Shown here: piece by piece, positions 1 through 9,834 of the stretch
Layout of the letters: each line of letters starts with the position of its first letter
Numbering within the stretch: the stretch's first letter is position 1
From: a bacterium
GTDB taxonomy: Bacteria; SAR324; JACQKK01
Direction: 5' to 3'
DNA: 64,000 bases
Assembly (NCBI GenBank): GCA_965240465.1
Contig: OZ251219.1
Coordinates: forward strand, 352,001 to 416,000
The notes under the pieces: model-generated
What the model saw: only the letters and a program-made list of their open reading frames with translations
Databases searched by the model: none
Told to the model about the DNA's origin: nothing
Translations under genes and position numbers: made by a program

Positions 1-402
1 GATCGGCTATTAAGGATAAAGCGTGCCTTATTGTTGTTATGTCCTATTTTATTGTTGCTTGCGATTGCGGCGTCAGTGGTGTTGATACCGCTTACCAGAT
101 TGTTGACTACGGGAGTATTTTCACAAGCGGTGGTGGTGGTTCCTTGGCTGGTTTTTGCTCATGCGGCTCAGGGATTTTACCTTATTTTTTCGGTATTTCT
201 GTTGTACCAGGGACGTACTTTACTGGCAGCGATTATTGCTTTTAGTGCCTTTTGCTGTAATTTGGCTCTAAATTATCCTTTTATTGTGGAGCGCGGCATT
301 GTTGGGGCGGCCCAGGCCACTTTGTTGGCTAATCTTGTTTCGGCGGGATTATGTATATTGTTTGTGAGGGACTGGAACACGAAAATATCTCCTGCGAGTT
401 AG
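1..402 (+). CDS. Polysaccharide/oligosaccharide flippase (Wzx/MATE-like), C-terminal part; gene starts before the window
   Basis: Frame is open from base 1. Several hydrophobic helices and a typical C-terminal motif NLALNYPFI..GIVGAAQATL. Confidence 0.7.
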   Translation, partial: DRLLRIKRALLLLCPILLLLAIAASVVLIPLTRLLTTGVFSQAVVVVPWLVFAHAAQGFYLIFSVFLLYQGRTLLAAIIAFSAFCCNLALNYPFIVERGIVGAAQATLLANLVSAGLCILFVRDWNTKISPAS

Positions 403-495
403 AATAACTTTGGAATGAGGTAGGGATTCAGAAAATAGATTCGGTGGTGATTGCACAACTTGCCACCTTGCAGTATCTTTCAAGCAGTGGCGTCT

Positions 496-530
496 GGGCA
501 ACCTCAAAACAGGGCAACCTCAAAACAGGG
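496..530. repeat. 16-bp tandem duplication (gggcaacctcaaaaca x2) upstream of lysA
   Basis: Read directly from sequence. Confidence 0.9.
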
Positions 531-564
531 AAGCTCGCGCCTATGATATTTTTGGGTCTCACTA

Positions 565-1803
565 ATGGAAGTTAAAAACAATCAGCTCTATCTGGGAGGG
601 TGTGATGTCGGTTCCTTAGCCGAGGCATTTGATACTCCTCTGTACGTGTACGAAGAATCGGTGCTGAGGGAGCAATGTCGTTATTTCAAGGATTGTTTTT
701 CGGCAGCTCCTGGCGAGCTGCACTATGCGATGAAAGCCAATTCCAATCCTGCCATCCTAAGATTGATTCGCGAAGAAGGAATGTTCCTAGATACGGTTTC
801 TCCATTTGAGGTACAGCTAGCCTTGGAATGCGACTTTAAACCTCATCAATTATTGTTCACCGGTAGCAATTGCACCCCTGCTGAGCTACAGTGGGTACTC
901 TCTCAGGAAGTAGCCATCAATGTTGGTTCCCTGGATGAGATTAAAACGATCGGTCAGCTAAAGCCAGATTCCAGCCTTGGTCTGCGTATCAATGCAGATT
1001 TAGGCAAGGGTCATCATCCTCATGTGATGACTGGCGGACCGCATTCCAAGCTGGGAATATATCACGACCAATTGCACCAAGCCCTTGATATTCTGCGTCA
1101 GTACAATCTTAAGGTAAGTGGCATACATTGTCATATAGGTACTGATCTGCTTAACCCAGAGGACATCATCCAAAACATGGAGCTGACCCTGGGCTACGCC
1201 CTGGAATTTCCTGAATTGGATTTTGTAGATTTCGGCGGCGGCTTTGGCATTCCCTACCGACCCGATGATAACATGCTACCCCTGAAAGAACTGGGACAGC
1301 AAATGTGTGCCAGATTCAATAAATTCCTTAACCAGTATCGACGCCCAGTACACATGAAACTTGAGCCAGGTCGTTTCCTAACTGCCCAAGCAGGAGTGCT
1401 ACTGGTGAGCATTACCACCATTTCATCTACTCCTGAGCATCTATTTGTGGGAGTGAATTCAGGATTCGGACACCTAATGCGGCCAGTTCTTTATGGATCA
1501 TATCACGAGATAGTCAACGCTTCCCGCATGCAAGGTGAGGCTATCCCCGTAGCCGTAGCAGGCAATCTGTGTGAGGCTGGCGATATATTCACCCAAAACG
1601 AACAAGGCATTGAACACCACTCCCTCACTAAACCCCAAGTCGGAGATATATTAGCAATCCTAGACTGCGGTGCTTATGGGCTCTCCCTATCTAGCAATTA
1701 CAACATGAGGGCTCTTCCAGCAGAAATACTAGTAGCTAAAGGAAACTCCACCCTGATCCGCCGCCGTCAAACCTATCAAGACCTTACTGGCACTTTTCTT
1801 TAA
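565..1803 (+). CDS. lysA: Diaminopimelate decarboxylase
   Basis: TPLYVY, YAMKAN (PLP lysine), HCHIG, DFGGGFG, EPGRFL, GNLCEAGD and GAYG motifs. Confidence 0.92.
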   Translation: MEVKNNQLYLGGCDVGSLAEAFDTPLYVYEESVLREQCRYFKDCFSAAPGELHYAMKANSNPAILRLIREEGMFLDTVSPFEVQLALECDFKPHQLLFTGSNCTPAELQWVLSQEVAINVGSLDEIKTIGQLKPDSSLGLRINADLGKGHHPHVMTGGPHSKLGIYHDQLHQALDILRQYNLKVSGIHCHIGTDLLNPEDIIQNMELTLGYALEFPELDFVDFGGGFGIPYRPDDNMLPLKELGQQMCARFNKFLNQYRRPVHMKLEPGRFLTAQAGVLLVSITTISSTPEHLFVGVNSGFGHLMRPVLYGSYHEIVNASRMQGEAIPVAVAGNLCEAGDIFTQNEQGIEHHSLTKPQVGDILAILDCGAYGLSLSSNYNMRALPAEILVAKGNSTLIRRRQTYQDLTGTFL

Positions 1804-2080
1804 CGGAAACAGATTGAAAAAACATTAGGAACACGGGCTACCACACCATGAAAAAAATAATTGCAATGTTAAGCAAAATATGCAATCATGCACTCATGCC
1901 GTTCCTCTATAGAAATTCTTGAGAGCAAACAAGCCTAAGAATGTCAGTCGCTCAGTGGGTGATGAATGGCGTACACAGACAACGCACGCTGGAGCATGTT
2001 GACAGCGATAGCTGATGAAATATTAGCCCATAAGAAATTGTTACACGGAGGAAGCACTTTCTTAAATAAAAGGAGTCAAC

Positions 2081-2320
2081 ATGGATAAATTAAGCAATGA
2101 GTATGCTTTTTATAAAAAGAACAAGCCTGCTCTAAAAGAAAAATATGACAATAAGTACATTGCCCTAAAGGACAATAAGGTAATAACCAGTGCTGATAGT
2201 AGGCAAGAAGCAGTTAAATATATGCTAGATAATGACTACATTTTGGGAGAATTTCTAGTGCACTTAGTCTCTGATGACTCGGACATAGTACATAAATTTC
2301 CCTCAAGGATACATTTTTAG
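2081..2320 (+). CDS. Small hypothetical protein, DUF5678-like
   Basis: Good RBS (aaggag) and AT-rich. Pattern F.KN...L.EKY..KYIA.KD.KVI...D....A resembles DUF5678. Confidence 0.55.
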   Translation: MDKLSNEYAFYKKNKPALKEKYDNKYIALKDNKVITSADSRQEAVKYMLDNDYILGEFLVHLVSDDSDIVHKFPSRIHF

Positions 2321-2367
2321 TTTCGTGTTATTTGTTTAACAAACTCAGACTAATGCTTTCCACCAAT

Positions 2368-3486
2368 TCAGTTTCTCACGGCAGGGTTTTGATAGAACGG
2401 TTTTTTCACTACCATGGCTTCTACGCCCCGACCACGGATTTCCACCGTTAACGGAGTTCCTTGCTTGGCGGCTTCTTTTTTTACTTTGGCGAGGGCAATG
2501 GATTTGCTACTGGTAGGCGAATGCGAACCTGAGGTGATTATTCCTACCTTTTGCCCTTGGTAGAATATGGAGCAGTGCTGTCTTGGAATACCTTTATCGG
2601 TCAGTTCAAGGGCGATTAGGCGGTCGTGGGTATTTTGCTGACGGTGCTGAGATAGGACTTTTTTGCCGATGAAGTCATCTTCGGTGTTCAGTTTAACCGC
2701 CCAGCCGAGGGCACACTCCAAGGGGTGCCATTTTTCTAGGAGTTCATGTCCGTACAGAGACATGGCGGCTTCCAAACGGAGGGTATCACGAGCGATTAAT
2801 CCGATGGGTAAGATTTTCAGCTGTTGAGTTAATTTCCGCCAGAGCATGGGTGCGTTTGCCAGAGACACCGATATTTCCACCCCTGGTTCTCCTGTGTATC
2901 CAGTGCGGGCGATGAATACTGGGCATTCAAACAGAGTGGCTTCCATCCAGCTATAGTAAGCCAGTTGGGTTGGTGAGGGAGTGGTATGCGGGCTAAGTTT
3001 TTCCAGGACCAGCGGACCTTGTGCTGCCAGCAGGCATTTGGTAGGAGAGATATCTTGCAGCTTCACTTGGTATTGTTCTGCCAATGTTTTCAGCCATTGG
3101 AAATCCTTTTCTCGGTTGGCTCCGTTCACGATGACTCGCCAATATTCTGAGTTCTGGCGATAGACGATCAGATCATCCAACACCCCGCCATCAGCTTGGC
3201 ACATGGGCGAGTAGAGGGCTTGACCATCTGTGATACTGCGGACATCATTGGTAAGGGCGTATTGCAGAAACTCGGTAGCACTACTGCCATGGAGGCAAAA
3301 TTGCCCCATGTGAGAGATGTCAAATAGTCCCGCCTGATTTCTGACGGCGTGGTGTTCTGCCAATGGCTGAGAGTAATAAAGAGGCATTTGATAGCCTGCG
3401 AAATCTCCCATTTTGGCACCTAAGGAGCGATGTTCTGCATCAAGGGGTAGTTGTTTCATTTTTAGGTAGGGAAGAGCATTAGGCAT
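2368..3486 (-). CDS. gcvT: Glycine cleavage system aminomethyltransferase T (true start may be ATG at 3459)
   Basis: FAGYQMPLYY, GLFDISHMG, ARTGYTGEPGVE, RDTLRLEA. Confidence 0.95.
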   Translation of the reverse strand: MPNALPYLKMKQLPLDAEHRSLGAKMGDFAGYQMPLYYSQPLAEHHAVRNQAGLFDISHMGQFCLHGSSATEFLQYALTNDVRSITDGQALYSPMCQADGGVLDDLIVYRQNSEYWRVIVNGANREKDFQWLKTLAEQYQVKLQDISPTKCLLAAQGPLVLEKLSPHTTPSPTQLAYYSWMEATLFECPVFIARTGYTGEPGVEISVSLANAPMLWRKLTQQLKILPIGLIARDTLRLEAAMSLYGHELLEKWHPLECALGWAVKLNTEDDFIGKKVLSQHRQQNTHDRLIALELTDKGIPRQHCSIFYQGQKVGIITSGSHSPTSSKSIALAKVKKEAAKQGTPLTVEIRGRGVEAMVVKKPFYQNPAVRN

Positions 3487-3561
3487 GGCTAGTTGGTATG
3501 GCTAGTTGGTATGGCTAGTTGGCATGGCTAATTGGCATGGCTAGTTGGTATGGCTAGTTGG
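3482..3561. repeat. 13-bp tandem repeat (ggYatggctaRtt x6) overlapping the gcvT 5' end
   Basis: Read directly from sequence. Confidence 0.9.
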
Positions 3562-3597
3562 AGTCATAGTCTCTTGAGCATCAATGATGACTGGAGC

Positions 3598-5178
3598 TTA
3601 TTCCTTTTTTTGGGAAGTTGAGAGGAATTGTTGAGCAATAAGGACATCGGAGAAGGGGTGGAATTGGTCGTTGATCTCTTGATAGGTTTCATGTCCCTTG
3701 CCCACGATGAGCACCACATCTCCGGGGACTGCCCGTTTTAGGATTTGACGGATTGCTTCTTGGCGGTTGCTGATTTGCTCAGCAGCTTGGGATTTTAGTC
3801 CTTGGGCAATTTGCTTTATGATGCTCATGGGATCTTCATTGCGAGGGTTATCGGAGGTTAGTACGATGTCATCGGCTTGGCTGGCGGCTTCGCCCATGAG
3901 AGGTCTTTTTTCTTGATCGCGATTACCGCCGCAACCAAATAGCAATCGCAGCCGACCGTTGGGTGCTAGCAGGGAACGGGTATCTCTGAGCAGTGTTTTA
4001 AGGGCTTCTGGGGTATGGGCGTAATCCACCAGCACCTCAAATGGTTGGCTGATAATACGCTGCATGCGTCCTGGGATGGTTTGGCAGTATTCGGCAGTGG
4101 CTGCAATTTTTGCTAATGGTTGTTCCATGACCAGCAACATTCCCACACTAGCCAGAAAGTTTTCCAGCTGAAAATATCCTGGCAGAGGAAAAGAAAAGGG
4201 TTCACGCTGTCCCTCAAAGCACAGCCAGCCTTCTTGTTGTTGAGCGGGCGAGCGAGGATTTTTTTCAATAAATAGGGCTGCCTTGGAACTACCCCAACTG
4301 AGGACTTGGCGTTTTTTTTGTTCTAATTTAAGCATCAGTTGCTGTCCTGCTTGGTGAGATATATTCACTACTGCCTTAGCTGAGGTAGCTAAAAAGGGAG
4401 AAAATTTGGCTTCTTGATAAGCCTCCAAGCTGCCGTGCCAATCTAGGTGATCTCGTCCTAAGTTGGTAAAAGCCAAAGCCTCAAAATTCAGTCCATCACA
4501 ACGATGCTGAGTCCAACCGATGGAACTTACCTCAATGGCAGCATAAGGAACACCTTCTGAAACCAGAGTAGCTAAAAATGACTGAAGATGTGGATTCTCA
4601 GGAGTGGTCAAATGAGGGGAGTGCACTGGTTGAGGATAAGATTCAGTTGCATCTGTTCCTCCAGACATCCCTAACGTGCCAGCTACCCCGCAAGGAATGT
4701 CCATAGAGTGCAACATCTGACTTATAAATTGGGTTATGCTGGTCTTGCCATTGGTACCCACCACTCCTAGCAAATTAAGTTTGTGAGATGGATTATCAAA
4801 TAACTCTGCCGATAAAGCCGATAACGCCCGACGGGGATGAGGAGTAAAAAATACCCCCAAGCGACAACCAGAACCCTCCAATAAAGGTAACCACTCCTTA
4901 TAATGCTCCTCCCGACTTAAAAATAATGCCCGCGCCCCACGCTCTAAAGCCTCCCTCACAAACTGAGAACCATCCCGCTGCCTGCCAGATAAAGCAAAAA
5001 AACCGCCCCCCTCCCTTACTTCTCGGGAGTCCACCTCCAACATCCTTACAATGTCCGAACCATCGGTATACCTCCCCTGAGATACCAAGGTGTGCCGAGC
5101 CACCGTCTCCAGTGATAAACCAAAGTCTGTCTTTAATCCAGATCTCATACCGCCTGACCGTATCCTAATTTTGCCCAT
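3598..5178 (-). CDS. murE: UDP-MurNAc-L-Ala-D-Glu:meso-DAP ligase
   Basis: GTNGKTS P-loop, TTP, EVSS, FTNLGRDHLD, VDYAHTP, FGCGGNRD, DNPR (DAP specificity), GKGHE. Confidence 0.93.
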   Translation of the reverse strand: MGKIRIRSGGMRSGLKTDFGLSLETVARHTLVSQGRYTDGSDIVRMLEVDSREVREGGGFFALSGRQRDGSQFVREALERGARALFLSREEHYKEWLPLLEGSGCRLGVFFTPHPRRALSALSAELFDNPSHKLNLLGVVGTNGKTSITQFISQMLHSMDIPCGVAGTLGMSGGTDATESYPQPVHSPHLTTPENPHLQSFLATLVSEGVPYAAIEVSSIGWTQHRCDGLNFEALAFTNLGRDHLDWHGSLEAYQEAKFSPFLATSAKAVVNISHQAGQQLMLKLEQKKRQVLSWGSSKAALFIEKNPRSPAQQQEGWLCFEGQREPFSFPLPGYFQLENFLASVGMLLVMEQPLAKIAATAEYCQTIPGRMQRIISQPFEVLVDYAHTPEALKTLLRDTRSLLAPNGRLRLLFGCGGNRDQEKRPLMGEAASQADDIVLTSDNPRNEDPMSIIKQIAQGLKSQAAEQISNRQEAIRQILKRAVPGDVVLIVGKGHETYQEINDQFHPFSDVLIAQQFLSTSQKKE

Positions 5179-5380
5179 AAAGTAAAATCAAAGGCTGATA
5201 ACCCATCCCCGAATACCTTACATTCCTTAGATCTTGCTCTTAACTTATCCCCAACTCTGGCCCCCTTGACAACACACCTAGCTATTTCTTACATTCCTAT
5301 CATAACTTCTGCTCGCCGAAGATCACCTAAAACCTTTATCTTCCGCGGATGTAAGCAGGCTATCCAGCTGGAGAAACTAG

Positions 5381-5448
5381 ACAATACAAGCGAAAACAAT
5401 ACAGGCGAAAACAATACAGGCGAAAACAATACAGGCGAAAACAATACA
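5381..5448. repeat. 15-bp tandem repeat (acaatacaggcgaaa, about 4.5 copies) upstream of the tRNA
   Basis: Read directly from sequence. Confidence 0.9.
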
Positions 5449-5463
5449 AATGAAGCTAGATAG

Positions 5464-5535
5464 TGGGGCGTAGCCAAGTGGTAAGGCATCGGGTTTTGAT
5501 CTCGACATACGCAGGTTCGATCCCTGCCGCCCCAG
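5464..5535 (+). tRNA. tRNA-Gln(UUG); 3' CCA not encoded
   Basis: Acceptor stem TGGGGCG/CGCCCCA, D-arm TAGCCAAGTGGTAAGGC, anticodon stem TCGGG/CTCGA with loop TT-TTG-AT, T-loop GGTTCGATCC. Confidence 0.95.
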
Positions 5536-5587
5536 CTTGTTTCGGAGAGCTCAGTGCCATTGGTTCTGTAAGCCAGAGATATTGGTG

Positions 5588-5689
5588 CTGAGCTATTAGT
5601 ACTGAGCTATTAGTACTGAGCTATTAGTACTGAGCTATTAGTACTGAGCTATTAGTACTGAGCTATTAGTACTGAGCTATTAGTACTGA
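5588..5689. repeat. 14-bp perfect tandem repeat (ctgagctattagta x7) with degenerate flanking copies
   Basis: Read directly from sequence; no spacers between units. Confidence 0.95.
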
Positions 5690-5766
5690 AATATCGGTGC
5701 TGAACTATTGGCAGCTATCAACACCGAGCCATCACACCGAGCTATTGGTATGAGAGTTCGGGTGTT

Positions 5767-7953
5767 TTAGGGACTGATCCTCTGCCATGATTTTTGGCGG
5801 ATCTGCAGGAAGGAGACTTCTTTTTCTATTTGCCCCGAGGTTCCGTATCGGGACCAACCAGCGATGCCCTGGAACACTCGTCCATCTTTAAGCGAGCGTG
5901 CCAATTTCCAGCGAGAATGATTACGAGGAGAACCCAGCAGAGCTTGCAAGTATCGCAGGGTGTCATAACCGATGGTGGGGTAGTAAGAGGGGGATTGGTA
6001 TTGATAGCGATAGCCAAACATCAAGCGATGGAGGTGTAAGAATTTTTGGAAACGGATGTTTTGGTTGCTGTGGTCAATGGTGTTGCTGATGACCGCATTT
6101 AGTAATTGATTTTCTCTGGTAGCGAGCAGGTTATTATTGTTCCAGAAGCGATTGCCAAGCATTTGGACTTGTTCTGCATCCACGGTGGCGGGGTAGCGGG
6201 CGATTTGGGTAAGGTCTAGCACTTCTCGGGAGCTGATGGGAATGAACAAAGCCTCAAAGTCCACGATGGGATCTGGGTGGGGGTCGCCAGAGTCTTTCAG
6301 TAGCTGTTGCTGAGCTAGGCTAAGCGGACGATTTAGTCCGGTGAAATTTGAGAAGATAGTTTCCAATCCCAAGCCTTGTTTAGCAGCTCTCTTACCGAGG
6401 CGATGTAGGGGTTCAAATCCGGCAACGGCTACGATTTTGCCTTGGCGGGCAGATATTTCACTCCAGAATAGGTCTCGCATCAGCCGTCCTGGGGAGGTTT
6501 TCGGGTAGAGGATGGCAAAGCGTTTCAGTTGGAGGTATCCTACCGCGAAATCTGCCAGATCGGCGATTTCGGTTTGGATTGAGCGGCTGTTTTTGAAGAC
6601 GAATTGGGATTGCTCAGGCAGTTTCATGCTGGGGGAGAAAGCGAGCAGGGGGATATTTTCGGCAGCGGCGGCTTGGGCGGCGGCTTCTGATTCCACCTTA
6701 GCCAAGGGTCCGATGATGGCGATGACTTTTTCCTGTCTGGCGAGTTCTCGTACTGCCCGAAATGCTTGTCGGGGCTGATTTCCAGTATCTCTAAGTACCA
6801 GTTCAATTGGTGGGGCTGAGATATTTTTTCCTTTGGGGAGAGCCGCGAAAGAAGTTTTTAGTAGGTGAAAGGGTAGGGTAGGGTTTCGCAATGGGGTTTG
6901 AGGTATTCTATCTTGCACTGCCAAACGCAAGCCATCCAATATTTGAGCAGAGTATTGCTTCAATTGACTGCTACTACTGCTAAAGGGTAGCAGTACGCCT
7001 ATTTTGAAGGGCTGTATTTTTTTGCCTTGTTCGGCTATTTCGCGTTTCCATTGTTTGACATTTTGCTTATCTGAGGAGGATTTCTTTTTGGCCTTAGCCA
7101 GTGATTTGCGAGCTTTATCAATTTGTCCTGCGTTGAGAAAAACTGGGGTACTGATGTTGTAACGACGATTTTCTAACCAAGTATCCCGCGGGTGTCCTTG
7201 GATAAAGCGTTCCAGAGCTTGGGGGTCATTAAGATAGCTAAGCATGCGTTCGGCATCTTTTTGGGAAGCCCGAGGGCGTTCAAGAGGTAGCTTTTGGTAT
7301 TCCAGCAACCAAGCGGCGGCGGCGGTAAATTGTTGTTTACGAGCTTTGACTTCAGCTTGGATGAGTAGCCATTCTGCTTGCTGCCAAAGGGGAAGTTTTT
7401 GCCGTGGTGGTGGATTTACCAAGGGAGCTGCCTTAAAGCTTTTGCCTTGTCGGAAGCGGGCTTGGTAAAGATGAAACAGGGCTTGGTATCCACCTCCCGA
7501 AGATTTAAGTGCCTTAGCCAAAGCCTCTTGTGCTGCGGGGAACAGGCGATTAGGATTAGATTGCAGGCTGTTTAGTAGCAAAAGAGCACACTCTCGCTTA
7601 CGCTTGGAAGCCAGTAGCAGCTTATTCTTGCTGAGGAGCTGAAAATTAACTAAACCCACCAATCGCGAACATTCATCCAGGGCGATTTCTTGGGGGTCTG
7701 CGGCTGGATAATCCTGACGACCTAGGGAGAGGGAGCTATCGGGGTTAGCGGTGGTGTTTTGTGAGGGGGATAGGGTTTTAGCTGAGATGTTCCATGGTTT
7801 GCTCAAGGCACTTTGGGCATTAATGCTAGTGGGTACAATGGAGCACAGGATAAGGAGCATCAAGGTCCTCAGCGATAACTCGGGGCAGTACTGGGAGAGC
7901 GAGTAGCAGCGGGAACGGGGATGCATAGATTGGGCAGGATTTTGGGGATGCAT
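5767..7953 (-). CDS. LpoA/LppC-like protein (TPR-like N-terminus plus periplasmic-binding-protein-fold C-terminus)
   Basis: KIGVLLPFS, LRDT, IIGPL, RFAILYP and FEALFIP motifs of the LppC/Peripla_BP_6 type; N-terminal hydrophobic segment. Confidence 0.7.
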   Translation of the reverse strand: MHPQNPAQSMHPRSRCYSLSQYCPELSLRTLMLLILCSIVPTSINAQSALSKPWNISAKTLSPSQNTTANPDSSLSLGRQDYPAADPQEIALDECSRLVGLVNFQLLSKNKLLLASKRKRECALLLLNSLQSNPNRLFPAAQEALAKALKSSGGGYQALFHLYQARFRQGKSFKAAPLVNPPPRQKLPLWQQAEWLLIQAEVKARKQQFTAAAAWLLEYQKLPLERPRASQKDAERMLSYLNDPQALERFIQGHPRDTWLENRRYNISTPVFLNAGQIDKARKSLAKAKKKSSSDKQNVKQWKREIAEQGKKIQPFKIGVLLPFSSSSSQLKQYSAQILDGLRLAVQDRIPQTPLRNPTLPFHLLKTSFAALPKGKNISAPPIELVLRDTGNQPRQAFRAVRELARQEKVIAIIGPLAKVESEAAAQAAAAENIPLLAFSPSMKLPEQSQFVFKNSRSIQTEIADLADFAVGYLQLKRFAILYPKTSPGRLMRDLFWSEISARQGKIVAVAGFEPLHRLGKRAAKQGLGLETIFSNFTGLNRPLSLAQQQLLKDSGDPHPDPIVDFEALFIPISSREVLDLTQIARYPATVDAEQVQMLGNRFWNNNNLLATRENQLLNAVISNTIDHSNQNIRFQKFLHLHRLMFGYRYQYQSPSYYPTIGYDTLRYLQALLGSPRNHSRWKLARSLKDGRVFQGIAGWSRYGTSGQIEKEVSFLQIRQKSWQRISP

Positions 7954-7970
7954 AGATTGGGCAGGATTTT
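7917..7970. repeat. 27-bp tandem duplication spanning the start codon of the LpoA-like gene
   Basis: ggggatgcatagattgggcaggatttt x2, giving MHPQNPAQS-MHP. Confidence 0.9.
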
Positions 7971-7972
7971 AG

Positions 7973-8911
7973 TTAGTACACATGAATATCCGAACGCTTA
8001 CGCAGAGTGGTCAGCAGGTTTTTCAGTCGCCTTTGTTCTTCTTGCTTACGGATGAGTTGGCGAAAGCGTTGCTTTTCTTGGGAGAGCATTTTACGGCAGT
8101 CTTGGGATTCAATTTGACGGCGGGCAAATACCTTGATGATATGTAATCCAAAACGGGTCTGCGTGGGAAAACTTACTTGACCCGGTTTTAGCAAAAAGGT
8201 AGCTTCCTCAAACGGACGCACCAGCTGACCGCGTTTTATATATCCTAGGCGTCCTTGATTTCTTGAGGCAAATGGGTCTTGTGAATAACGGACGGCTAGT
8301 TTGGTAAATTTTTCTCCCGCTAGTACTCGCTTGCGTAGCAGTAATAGCTTATCCCGTTGCTTAACTGAAACCTCTCTTCTTAGAATATGCCCTACATCCA
8401 CCTCATAATTGACCGAAGAATCCCGACTACAAACATCCATCACCTGCCGTTCTGAAATCACTACCTTGGCTGATACTTCTTGAACCATCACTTGTTGAGC
8501 TAATAGCTGTCGCACCAATATCTTGTGCGTCTGAATCTCGCCCAGGGCATATAGCAAACTTCCCTTCCGACGGCGTAGGGCATCCAACTGACGCTCTACC
8601 TGCTTTTCTGAAACCGACAACGATAATTGCTCTCCATGGATTGCCAACAACAGACTATTCACCAACTCTTGCTGCAAATTTTGTTCTAAGTTGCCTAATT
8701 GCTCAGCTAAGGCCTGACCGCTTAATCTTTGGCGGAGATCCCGAATTTGCACCTGTTTTAGGAGCTTAAATTCTCGTTGGGTGATGATCTTTTCATTGAC
8801 GGCGAGCTTAACTCCGTCCACCAGCACGGGAGCAGACCATCCCCGAGGAGGGAGGATCATTGCCATCAGCAGTACGAGCAGGGCTATTTTTGAGAACATT
8901 ATCTTATTCAA
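7973..8911 (-). CDS. SurA-like periplasmic chaperone / parvulin PPIase
   Basis: Signal peptide, VD.V...VNEKIIT, GHIL, F.KLA..YSQD, G.LG.I.RGQLV.PFE, TRFGLHII. Confidence 0.85.
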   Translation of the reverse strand: MNKIMFSKIALLVLLMAMILPPRGWSAPVLVDGVKLAVNEKIITQREFKLLKQVQIRDLRQRLSGQALAEQLGNLEQNLQQELVNSLLLAIHGEQLSLSVSEKQVERQLDALRRRKGSLLYALGEIQTHKILVRQLLAQQVMVQEVSAKVVISERQVMDVCSRDSSVNYEVDVGHILRREVSVKQRDKLLLLRKRVLAGEKFTKLAVRYSQDPFASRNQGRLGYIKRGQLVRPFEEATFLLKPGQVSFPTQTRFGLHIIKVFARRQIESQDCRKMLSQEKQRFRQLIRKQEEQRRLKNLLTTLRKRSDIHVY

Positions 8912-9726
8912 TTGGCTACCTCTTGCCTCAGGCGTTGCAGAGGAAAATTACTCCGTGACGGATTCTTTTCCAGACTAAGTACCCGCCATTGCTTAAACAA
9001 TCTTCCATTCAGGGTGTAGCTGACCTGAGAAGGAAAATAAGCTGATTGTGGCAAAGATAGTTTGCCATTGGTAAGGACCATAAAGTTGTCATAATGCTGT
9101 ACCAAAGCATATGCTCCCCGCTTGTCATGAATTAGAGTTTCTAAACGCACCGCCCGAAAGGGGTCTTGGCTGAGCCACAAAGATCGCTGAGATCCTTCCC
9201 CCAGCAATAGCAAATAACCCAACTTAGGATGCCTTGCTAAGCTAGTTTGTTGCGGATTTATTCCCCAGAACCCCAAGTGATTTTTCCAATCGGCAGCCCG
9301 ATTGGATAGCAAATCTACATAGGGAGGCTGAATATCCCAAACCGACCAAGGTCCACCTGCCAGCTGTCGTTGCCTTTCACGGCTACCATCCCGCACATAA
9401 ATATGCTGGAGCTTGCCCTCCAGAGAAAAACTCTCTACCCCCAAAAACTGCTCTGCTGCTATCCAATAAACCTTCTGCTTCCAGCTGCGTGAGCGGTTCT
9501 CCTGCGGAATTGCACCCTCGCCAGAAGACTTAGCAAAAACCGTAACCTGAGCGGTTATAATAGCACTCGTTATCACTGGAGAACGTTCTTCCACCCACTC
9601 CCAAATGGTGTCAACGGCTGGCAAATACCCCTGAACCGAACCCCCACTGCCCGCTACCCCAACCACCAACAGCACCAATAAAAATGCTCGCCAACCCCTA
9701 ATCTTTGAATGATAACTTCCCTGCAT
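8908..9726 (-). CDS. Hypothetical exported protein
   Basis: 272-aa ORF with signal peptide; 4-bp overlap with the surA-like gene. Confidence 0.65.
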   Translation of the reverse strand: MQGSYHSKIRGWRAFLLVLLVVGVAGSGGSVQGYLPAVDTIWEWVEERSPVITSAIITAQVTVFAKSSGEGAIPQENRSRSWKQKVYWIAAEQFLGVESFSLEGKLQHIYVRDGSRERQRQLAGGPWSVWDIQPPYVDLLSNRAADWKNHLGFWGINPQQTSLARHPKLGYLLLLGEGSQRSLWLSQDPFRAVRLETLIHDKRGAYALVQHYDNFMVLTNGKLSLPQSAYFPSQVSYTLNGRLFKQWRVLSLEKNPSRSNFPLQRLRQEVAN

Positions 9727-9834
9727 AAATTAATCCTAGCTGAAAACCTTCTATCTCTCGTTCTTAGGTGGCACTCCTCCGCTTAAATCAGACGATGTTC
9801 ACCCTCTGCTAGGTATTTTATAACATGCCTAATC

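Noticed and set aside
5464-5535. tRNA as an integration site for a genomic island
   Set aside because: No integrase nearby and no duplicated tRNA 3' end noticed in the window.
5588-5689. Possible CRISPR array (also considered for the arrays at 13451, 18884 and 50094)
   Set aside because: Units are head-to-tail with no unique spacers, and there are no cas genes in the window.
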